Shown: positions 54,166 to 64,000 of the stretch, one piece after another
Layout: the number at the start of each line of letters is the position of its first letter
How positions within the stretch are numbered: position 1 is the stretch's first letter
Assembly: GCA_015680685.1 (NCBI GenBank)
Contig: MNCI01002446.1
Location: 327,876-391,875 of the forward strand
Origin: Gnetum montanum
Lineage: Eukaryota > Plantae > Gnetophyta
Length of the DNA stretch: 64,000 nucleotides
Direction: 5' to 3'
Translations under genes and position numbers: made by a program
The notes under the pieces: generated by a model
The model's input: only the letters and a program-made list of their open reading frames with translations
Told to the model about the DNA's origin: nothing
Databases searched by the model: none

Positions 54166-55106
54166 CCAAGATAGCACTGATTTATAAATTTCTATAAATC
54201 TTGGGTATATATATGTTTCAATTATTTTGAGTTCCAACACCCCTACAGTGGCCGGGCACATCCAGAAAGCCTGAAAAACAGAAGCATATTAGTAGAAGTT
54301 TTTCCCAAACAGCAAATGCTAACTAGCTGAAAACTCCATATTGGATGATGTCTATCACAACCATTATCTCTACCCAGGGACAATGAACCATGGAACTACC
54401 AAGAACAATGCATCAACAAACAATCAAGCATTAAAGAGTTAAAGAAAAGTATTGCTTATGGAATTGCTAATTAATGGAAATTTCCGTGAGTTATTTATGT
54501 TAAACCCCTGCAGATTAATGTATGATGGTGACATCACACATGGAGACCGACCATCCTGCTATGCATTATGCATGCTGGGCTTGTTTTTGAATTAAAATTT
54601 ATTTTAGCCCATGTTGGGATTATTCAAAACAGATTTGAAGGCTGATTGCAGGGTAAGTTGCGTTGGTCAAAAGACAAAAGACAAAAGTGAAGGAGACATG
54701 AATTGAATTTGATGTAGATTAGAATTTATTTGATGTTGTTGAGGGTTTATGTTGTTCAAATTGGTAAGAAGGCTCAGAAACTGTATATTTGGATTTCTCA
54801 AATGTAGGATCATTTGTTTTTGCCAAGAGGCCAACATGTTTTGTGCGAGAGAGTTAAAAAGTTACTGCAGGCGAGCTAAATTTGAAAAGTGAAGGAGCCA
54901 AAGAGTCACTCCAAAGGAGTTGAATCTTTATTCAATTGGCACTCATTGACCTTTGGGCTTTTCATTCATTTTTTTGTATTTTCTCACATGAACGCACCAC
55001 GTGCAATGAGCCAAAAGTCACTATCGAATCTTTATTTAATTAATGGCCCCGACCCTTGGGCTTCCCATTCATCTTTTTGTATTCCCTCACACGTAGTAGT
55101 CCTAAT

Positions 55107-55443
55107 GTGGGTAATAATGAATATTTATTATTATAAATGGTGGGTAATATTGACTAGTTATTATTATTATAAATGGTGACGGTTATGATTATAGTAATAA
55201 TGAATATTTTTTATTATAAGCGGTGGGTAATAATGAATATTTATTATTAATAAAAACGATGACGGTTACGATCATGGCGACGGTTAAGGTGATGATGGTT
55301 ATGGTGTGATGCAGTATTTATAGATGTTGAACTCGGTAATAATGAATATTTATTATTAATAAAAACAATGATGGTTACGATCATGGCAACGGTTAAGGTG
55401 ATGATGGTTATGGTGTGATGCAGTATTTATAGATATTGAACTC
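55107..55443. repeat. Helitron-associated repeats: GGTAATAATGAATATTTATTATTA units and a 109-bp duplication (55226-55334 / 55335-55443)
   Basis: Visible directly in the sequence. Confidence 0.85.
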
Positions 55444-55501
55444 AGACATCGTGTTACAAGATTAATAGGTGCAATATTGGAATTCATGCATTTTCAGAAA
55501 T

Positions 55502-57059
55502 ATGGATCCTACTACCATTAGTCCTAATAGAGAAGGTGAAGAACACTGTCTTCAAGATCAGCAACAACAACCATATACTACAACGAGTAATGCGATTCAT
55601 GTAGGTCTTGGTAGTTGACGTGCACGTGGGCATGGCCAAGGTAAAGGATAACCACAGATTATAGAAACTAAAAATTCAGAATTGATGACTGCAAAGGAGA
55701 GAAGACGATTTCTAAAACGAGAAGCAAAAACAAGAACGATAACTAATTCTACGAAATTCAGGAGTATGTAATTTATGCATATTTGAATATTTCAAAACAA
55801 ATATTTATCATATTGAAATCTTCTCATTTTATTTACATACTTACATTGCATATATATATATTAGGTTGCATCAACTTCAAATCCCCTCTTATCACTTAGA
55901 AAATCATCCACATTATAGATACTAATAATGTAAATAATCAAGAAGAAATGCAGGTTGGTGTTTGCCCATACTCAAGTTGGTACATATTTTAATTCAATTT
56001 TTAATTTAAATTTTAAAATATTTTTTTGTAGGACATTAGAAATTCATCTGTGCTTGTTAATCAAGCAACATTTGTTCCAGAAATCACACATGAAGAAGAA
56101 CAACAATTGCAAGAAAATCAAGAGCAACCACATTATAGTGAGAGTGAGCGCCAAAAGAGGCAATGTTGATAGGAGGAAAATTCATTTCATCGAATAAATG
56201 AAATTATAGATGTTGTGAATGCACCAACAATGGAAATGCCTTCTTTAGAACCTATTCAATTTTCCCAAGATTGCAAAAGGCAAGTACAGAAATTGCTTAA
56301 GCAATACATAATTTTAATATTGTAGTTAGAAGTTTTGCAAATCCATGTTTCTGCAATGTATGCAACAAAATGTTTCTTAACATATTATTGGATTTAACCA
56401 CAAGTAAAGGACCCACATGCAATAGGTGCATTAATGAAAATAAACATAATATTTTTGATGATTTTGGTTGTGAAATCAAATGATTTTCTATTGAAAATAA
56501 CATGGATCCTAGTATCCAACCACTTATCCTAGGTTGTTTAACTGAGGTTGAAGAAATGTTAATTGCAAAAATCAATCCTATTTTACAAGTTACACATGTA
56601 GTTGGTGGATAGTTCAAGTATAAAGGCCACACAATTAGCTTTGTTCAAGATGTTACACAAAAATCTAAAAGACTTCCTTATTAAAAATATCCCTTTCTTG
56701 ATATTGAGAAGAGTAGATCAAATGGGCATCAAGTATAATTTCATTGTCAACAAGAGATAGGTTTATGAAGCTTTGATTTTTAAGAAGGCAAATGATCCAT
56801 ACTATTAAGATGTTGAGATCGATATGCATGCATTAGATGATGTTAATACCAGTGATGTTAACATCTTCCATAGCATTCCTTATATTCCATTGTTAGAAAA
56901 GGATGGAGAAATGATATTGCAATTTCAAGGTCCTTTGCTTCAAACAGATGAAGAAAATATTATTGGTTACACATCATCAGTTGCACAACGTCTTGGAATT
57001 GTAAGAAAGGAAATTGATTGGACAAGAGCATGGATGCATAATCTATCATTGTAGGATTC
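55502..57059 (+). mobile_element. Helitron-type Rep/helicase pseudogene, N-terminal part (DUF6570-like), with introns
   Basis: CNVC..CNRC; NNMDP..P..L..LTEVEEMLIAKINPILQVTH..GG*FKYKGHTISFVQDV....RLP; RVYEAL.....NDPYY.DVEID. Confidence 0.8.
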
Positions 57060-58010
57060 TGATGAGTCATGAATTTGCTGGCTGTGATATCGCTGCCGTG
57101 ATATCACAGCTGCGATATCGTAGCCTGCCGCAATTTTTATAAATAAGAGGTAGCTTTCCCTATTTTAAGCAGTTAGTTCTTAGTTCCTTACCCAAACTCT
57201 TGTAGTTTTTCCTTTTTAGAGTTAGAATTATTTCCCAGTGTATGCCCGCAGTGTGGTGATTGTAATCGTACGGCATCCTTATTCGAGTGTGACATGCTTG
57301 GACATGCACATGATCGACAATAAAGATCGAGATTACTTCATCATTGCAGCATTCACTTAGTTTAATTAATTAATTATTTACTTGTTGTTTACTGCTTTCC
57401 TAGTTAATATCTCTCACCCTTATCTCCTAGTAATGCAGAATCAGTACGACTTGATTACGAGCATTTAAGTGTGACTACTTGGTAACCCAATAGCGTACCT
57501 AGGATCTACGCTTGGTAATCCTAGTGGTAGTCATGCACGAAGTCCAAGATGTGTACAGATAATCGAGGAACGAATGCTCATCGCACTTAGGCTAGCTAGA
57601 CTCTCTCTCACCCTTTCTCTCCTAGCTTAGTTAATATTATTTTCCACTATCTTTAGGAGTAGCATTAGCATAGAAACACATCATACACCTCACTCTGGAC
57701 TAAACCATACGTGACAAGCTAATACTAGTCTAGGTGGGAAGACAACAAACTGCGACCCAAGGCTAACTGTCTAGATGCCACAACTAGTCTATCTGCGGAG
57801 TTCGACAGGATCGCGTGTGTAACACTCGTATTCGTATGGTTGAGTGTAGAGGTACCTTGCCACTCATCATTGGTGCCGTTGCCAGGGACGATGCTAGTTA
57901 TCTAGATTAGTTATATCATACAAGGTCGCTGTATAGGAATTAACAATATATCTTTTAGAAAGAAATAATTATAAAAAGTCACATACAAATTCACACACAA
58001 TCTCACAACC

Positions 58011-59994
58011 ATGCCTCTCCTACAAGATTACGATAATGCCACACTTAGTGAGGAAGTTCATTGGAGAACCAACGAATTATATGACAATGAAGATTGGAGT
58101 ACACAACTTGAGGTGGGGGTTTTTTATAAACATAAACGAAAGCAACGTCATCTCAACGCACGAAAGAATAACTTACTCGATGACGATGAACCCCTACTGG
58201 CCACTACAACCTTAACACAAATACAAGAGGCTGTTTGAATCTCCTGTAGGCATCGTAAAGAGAGCCATCTACCCAGGCTCGATTTAAACAACTTCCCTAA
58301 TTTTTTAGGAGGCTATGATTTAGATCTGCAACAACATTTACAAGCCTTTTACAATGCCTGTACATGGAACAACATTGATAATGGTTGGAAAAAACTCAAG
58401 CTCTTCCCTATGACACTCGTTGGCCAAGCAAAAGTATGGTATAGATTGTTAAAACCAAATTCAATACAACGTTGGCCAACAATGGTAAAACTCTTTAGCG
58501 AAAGATATCAAACCTATGCAAGAGTGTCAGCCTTGAGGAAACAAATCCAAGAGTGGAAACAAGCATAACATGAACCCTTGGATATGGCCTTAAAAAGATA
58601 TTATGCACTATTAAACAACTGTCCAGGCCATGGGTTCTTCGAGGAAAGGCTAATGTACCATATCATTGATGGGCTTCGTGATAAAACAAGAGAGACCCTA
58701 GGAATGTATGCCCAAGGTCAACTATACGAACTATGAACCCATTAAGTCCAAGAGCTTATTAAGTGGGTAGCAAAAGAGGAAGGAGAAATGGCTAGATGGG
58801 AGAGTGTTGAAAGACATCAACAGGACCAAAATCTCAACTTAACAAAGGTCCATAATAATAAAAAGGGGAAATCAACCTATCAGAAGGGGAAAGAACCATA
58901 TTTTCTGGTACAACAATCATTGGAGGAAGTCAAGGCAAAGATCAATAAGATGTTAGAATGGATGCATAAAAAGTGTGGAGAATTTATTGATATTATTGGC
59001 GATAGAGTTTTGACAACCCAAGAAGCAGGACAAAATATCATTAGACATTTGGAAAGAAGGAATGAAGGAAATAAGAGCTCAACTGCCAATCATACGTATG
59101 AATGTAACATATGCCTGTACGATCACCCCAAGGGTCAATGCCCAATTTTGTTACATTTATATGAGCATTGGGGAAACACGTTACACCCAGAGTTCGTATA
59201 AAGATGCTGTGTTCGATCACAGTGGCAACAATCCCAGTCATGGGGGAAGCCACCCTTAAACTAGAGACACCCTTCATATCATCTGAATCCAAATGCTTAT
59301 CAAGTTCAACATCTTATTTCCCCAACTGGGTCAACATACTCTATCTCACCGCATTACAATTCTCCTCAATACTATCAGCCCATGTCCTCAACACAACCAC
59401 CGCCTTGTGCACCTTACACTTCTCCTCATTTTCAACATTCTCATCCTTTCCCTCCTTCTACATTGCCACCAACTGTTCCTAAGGTTTTTGCACCACAACA
59501 ACAACCCCCGAACGTTACTTGTGCTACTATTGCCAATAACAGTGAGAAACCTTAGCAACATCGAAGGCATCCCTTCTTTAGAAATGATCCTAGGAAGGGA
59601 CAACACAATTCCAAGGCCACTGCATGCTCCAACTCAGCACAAGTTCAAAATTGTGATGCATCGAACCCAACACCTCATGTTACTTTATCAGGGCCACCAA
59701 TTAACACTCCAGTAACCATATGGCCCAATGAACACAACCATGGAAGGCAACATCCCAATCCTTGCATACCATCTTATGGTCCCAATCATGATAGTGAGTC
59801 AATTCATTATCCAAAAGCTACATCCTATAAATAGCCCCACTATGCTTACTATAACCAGGTGTGTGAACCCCAATGGGGTAAGTATGACCAAGTTTCAATA
59901 TTTCCAACATGCAAGGATCCTCATCTTTCATCTTTCATTTATTAATCCTTGCCATGCTCAACTGTCTAGTTATGGGGGATATTCCCCATTTTAA
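58011..59994 (+). pseudogene. gag, element E (no protease)
   Basis: FLGGYDLDLQQHLQAF..KLKLFPMTLVGQAKVWY; CPGHGF; CNICLYDHPKGQCP; ends SYGGYSPF*. Confidence 0.85.
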
Positions 59995-61365
59995 TAGCAA
60001 GCAGGATTAATAAATACTTTTCATTTTCTTTAATTTTATAACTTTTTGTTTTCCAGTTTTGCATTTTCAATTTCTTATTTTATCTTTTTGTCTTTTTGTC
60101 TCTTTACGTTTTTATAAGTCATCTCATCTACGAATAAAACACTCATGTGGCTCGTTGGTTGAGGTGTGTTCTATGTTATCGAGTCTCGAGTGATCAATTA
60201 TTTGGACAATGAGCCCATTACACCCACTCATCTATTCTACAAATAAGAGGTTCCATTCAAGGGTACAGTGATATTCTTGACATTCTTAAAACTTAAAATT
60301 AATCTTGTGTTCATTACACCCAAAGTGAAGAAGGATGGACTAAGGGGGAATGATTAGGGTGTGACATCAAGGGGACTTGGGGATTCTCTTTTGTGACATC
60401 TATGGGAGTTATCATGCAACGTGTTTGTACTAAGATCCTTGTAGCTCTAACGAAAAATGGGAGTAAGAGTAATCAAAAGGCACTAAAAAAATCCAATGGT
60501 GTTCTAGGGGATCCCACTGGAAAGACATGCACCCATGCCTGAAGATTGGCGGCTTCTCTGGATTCATTCATTTGAAAAAAAAAGAGAAGGAAGAAAGCAA
60601 AAGAAAAGAAAAGCAAAAAAAGGAAGTGCCACAAAGCCAAGTGATTGTACGCCTTGTTGCTCTGGTACTCTCATAGTCGCTCATCATGGGATGAAACAAT
60701 GCAATGTCACTGACTAGAGGAATGGACTTGGTCCTGATCTTGGAACGACAGGTTAATGACACCTTAATCATGCTTTACACATAGGATTCACTGTGCCCTG
60801 GGTCAGTTACCTCATGTTCTAGTCTCTACAATCCCTTCTATAGTTTGTCTCATCTCACAGTTTGTGTAATTGTAGCTTGTGTCATGTGTAATGTAGAATT
60901 CTTACCTCATTCTGGTGATATTTGCATGTGTGTGTTTTGTGGAACCAGTGCGGATTACATTTAATGCTTCGAGTCCCCACGAATTCTTTTAAGTGTGGTT
61001 ACGCAAGGGCATTAAAGGTTGGAACCTACTTTGGGGAGGACCCACTTGTGTAATTTTTGTAATTTGCACTCATGACCCATCTTCCACACACCATTTATTA
61101 CCCTGAGCATATTGCCAACGATTTTCTTTCCCTTATTACTATCCCTCCGATTCAACGTTCCTATGAACCATCACATAGCCTTTTTCTCTCCCATTTGAGG
61201 TCCTTATTGATAAATTCCACACCATCATAATTATTTGTGCCTTTCAAACTAATTAAATTACCCTAGAACCCCTTAACAATCGCCTAATGTCCTAAGTTTA
61301 CAACGTTAATTTCAAACAAAATCTTAAAAATTCGGTAATTTTCATTGTGCCAAACATCACTAGGG

Positions 61366-61445
61366 CCATGATATTGCGGCTGATGCGATATCGCGTATGC
61401 GATGTATCGTACGCGATATCGTGTCCTATCCAGCTATAAAAAGGT
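61366..61445 (+). promoter_or_regulatory. Internal promoter: (C)GCGATATCGC(G) palindrome array + TATA
   Basis: CATGATATTGCG, TGCGATATCGCG, CGCGATATCGTG then GCTATAAAAAGG. Confidence 0.6.
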
Positions 61446-61921
61446 GACCCCCCACAACACTTAACATCATTTTCCATAATTCACGCGGGGGAGTTTTTCA
61501 AATTTTTCTCTATGACTTGCGATTGTGAGACCTTTGCTTTTCTACCTATATCTTGCTTGCTGGTACTTTGATTTTAATTCTGTTTGAACCTACTTGAACC
61601 CGGAGTGTTCAGCTTAGTCGTGGGGGAGGGACATACGCCGAATAGCACATAAATTTTTTGGAATTTTTCATCGCCCAAAAGACATTATTAAGGGTAATTA
61701 ATTATAATAATAGGGATAATTGTGCCGAAAATCATTTCATCCCCTTAGGTATACCGGGAAACTAAAATTGGAAAACCACCTAAGTAACAGGACTCACTAT
61801 TACAATCTTTTGGGAAACATCACACAGAGATAAAATAAAATAAAACTAGTTAAGGCAAGTAGTAAGGTATAACTTAACTTTGGAAACAACCTTATTAACG
61901 CTTGATCCCGTGTGATTGCAG

Positions 61922-62689
61922 ATGGCCCTAAAACGAGAACAACGTAAAGGTCCTACTCAAGGTGGGAGTAAAAGACCTAGGAGAGGCGAAGAACAAGTCC
62001 CTTCTGAACAACATGCAGAGTAGGAGGAACAATCATTTAGCATTCATCAAGAGGACCCTCCTACCGTATAGTCCGGGCAGGTAGAAGGAGGAGCTGCTGC
62101 AGTGCTTGAACAGGGGCAAAATCTCACATTGCCCCAGGATTGTGTTCAGGCTATCCACGAAAGGTCTACATTCACTACGGTGATTGTGGAATTGAATTTT
62201 GAATATTTTGTAGAATTTTCTCCTACGGCTATTAGGGATCACCTCACAGGGTCCCCGTTATGACCTATCCTCTCTAAAATTGGTGCCTGGTACTTAGGGG
62301 AAATGTACCAATTTTGGCACAACAAAGAAGAAGTCACCACGGTTAACATTTGTGGTGTGACTATTGATTTCTCTGTTCAAGCCATTTTGGAAGTATTAAA
62401 CCTTTCGAATACAAGGCCAAAGGTTTCTCAGAACTAGTTGGACACTTTCAGAATCGAGCAACTTAATAAACTATTGATAGAGAATAAAAGGGTGGTGGAA
62501 GAAAAAAAGAAGGCTGACTGGGATGCCTCTATGGCACAAGCGCAAACTTACACACACGCCAAGGCACTCAAGCCTTTACAAGAGGAGAAACTCCAGGCCA
62601 TACTTCAATGCCATCAAATCCCAAGACTTGGAGTGCAAGAAAAGGGAAAGACACCAATGGGAGAGCCATTGCCACCAAGAACTACTTGA
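61922..62689 (+). pseudogene. env-like accessory ORF of element E with two large internal deletions
   Basis: MALKRE after GTGATTGCAG; matches A 3110-3620, then A ~5120-5270, then A ~6105-6209. Confidence 0.8.
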
Positions 62690-63695
62690 GTTCCATCAAT
62701 TTTGTAGCAGTAGGATTTTCTTTTGCATTCTCTATGTTGTGTCTCAATTTTTCTTCAATTCCACACTATGGCATGAACCCATTCTCACCAGTCAATAATC
62801 CCATACCTATCCACTGTGTAATCAATGGAGCTTGTTCTCTTTGTAATTTGAGGATGAGTTTTCATTCAGTCGTGGGGGTATGATGAGTTATGAATTTGTT
62901 GGCTGTGATATTGCTGCCGTGATATCACAGCCGTGATATCGTGTACGTGATATCGCGGCCTACCGTAATTTTTATAAATAAGAGGTGGCTTTCCCTATTT
63001 TAGGCAGTTAGTTCTTAGTTCCTTACCCAAACTTTTGTAGTTTTTCCTTCTTAGAGTTAGAATTATTTCCCAGTGTATGCCCACAGTGTGGTGATTGTAA
63101 TTGTACGACATCCTTATTTGAGTGTGACGTACTTGGACATGCACATGATCGACAATAAAGATTGAGATTACTTCATCATTGCAGCATTCATTAATTATTT
63201 AATTGTTGTTTACTACTTTCTTAGTTAATATCTCTCATCCTTATCTCCTAGTAACGCAGAATGAGTACGAATTGATTATGAGCATTTAAGTGTGACTACT
63301 TGGTAACCCAGTAGTGTACCTAGGATCTGCGCTTGGTAATCCCAATGGTAGTCGTGCACGAAGTCCAAGATGTGTACGGATAATCAAGGAATGAATGCTC
63401 ATCACACTTAGGCTAGCTAGACTCTCTCTCACCCTTTCTCTCCTAGCTTAGTTAATATTATTTTCCACTGCCTTCAGAAGTAGCATTAGCATAGAAACAC
63501 ATCATACACCTCACTTTGGACTAAACCATACGTGACAAGCTAATACTAGTCCAAGTGGGAAGACAGCGAACTGCGACCTAAGGCTAATTGTCTAGATGCC
63601 ACAACTAGTCCATTTGCGGAGTTCGATCAGATCATGTGTGTAACACTCGTATTCGTATGGTTGAGTGTAGGGGTACCTCACCACTCATCAAATTT

Positions 63696-64000
63696 AGATG
63701 TTGCTCAGTGGCCTTCCATGTCTTATTCTCCTAGTTTAACATGATGGGGTTGTTTACGATGGCATTTCCAGGTTTTTTTCTAAAGGAAAATGCGATTTTC
63801 TTGAGCGAAAAGCTAAAGATGTCAAACTGCATGAATATGTAAAACATTTTATTCGCTACAAAAATGGTAGATTTGGATGCCACAAGTGATTTAGGTAAAT
63901 ATTAATTCTCCATTTGTTTGTTATTATCATTATTCATAATGTTTTTTTATAACATTTAAGCAGTGATGTGTGATTTATTTGTAGGTATTATATTTATAAT
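63696..64000 (+). mobile_element. Continuation of the Helitron Rep/helicase pseudogene
   Basis: DVAQWPS..GLFTMAFPGFF..GKCDF....DVKLHEYVKHFIRYKNGRFGCH..FR, then GT-AG intron (~63895-63984) and YYIYN. Confidence 0.8.

Larger units (their letters stand above)
57060..63690 (+). mobile_element. Complete non-autonomous Athila-like element E (6.63 kb): LTR-PBS-gag-spacer-internal promoter-deleted env-like-PPT-LTR
   Basis: 810-bp LTRs 57060-57869 and 62881-63690 (TGATGAG...CTCATCA); PBS TGGTGCCGTTGCCAGGGA 57871-57888; PPT GTCGTGGGGGTA; decayed TSD GATTC/AATTT; Helitron frame resumes after it. Confidence 0.95.

Noticed and set aside
55107-55443. Repeat-spacer-like array suggesting CRISPR
   Set aside because: Eukaryotic context, irregular units, duplicated rather than unique spacers, no cas genes.
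57059-57100. CTGATGAG resembling a hammerhead ribozyme core (retrozyme)
   Set aside because: It is the LTR terminal inverted repeat (TGATGAG...CTCATCA) plus a flanking C; no stem II-GAAA follows.

Overview
Eukaryotic land-plant genomic DNA, AT-rich, with spliceosomal introns and heavily C>T-decayed transposons. The species cannot be determined from the sequence. Two intact + strand host genes reconstruct cleanly from splice sites: a TMEM131-family membrane protein (4 coding exons, 15495-25158, ~1513 aa) and an AVT6-type amino-acid transporter (5 exons, 51146-53626, ~463 aa). The remainder is mostly mobile DNA. (i) Several Athila-like Ty3/gypsy LTR elements (TGATGA...CTCATCA LTRs, TGGYGCCRTTGCCRGGGA PBS) show no RT, RNase H or integrase. 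They keep gag (with or without protease), a conserved ~1-1.4 kb non-coding spacer and a ~930-codon 'env-like' accessory gene. (ii) A full-length decayed chromovirus (Galadriel-like) has a perfect ATTAA TSD, and a truncated second copy follows it. (iii) An intron-containing DUF6570-type Helitron is split by one of the Athila-like elements. (iv) Au-like SINEs are present. The best candidate for a new system is the accessory gene of the pol-less elements. It appears to be its own transcription unit: CpG-rich palindrome array, TATA box, 5'UTR intron, then ATG. The same family-specific palindrome array recurs at the start of the LTRs. This suggests (inference) an element-encoded regulator or anti-silencing factor with its cognate binding sites.
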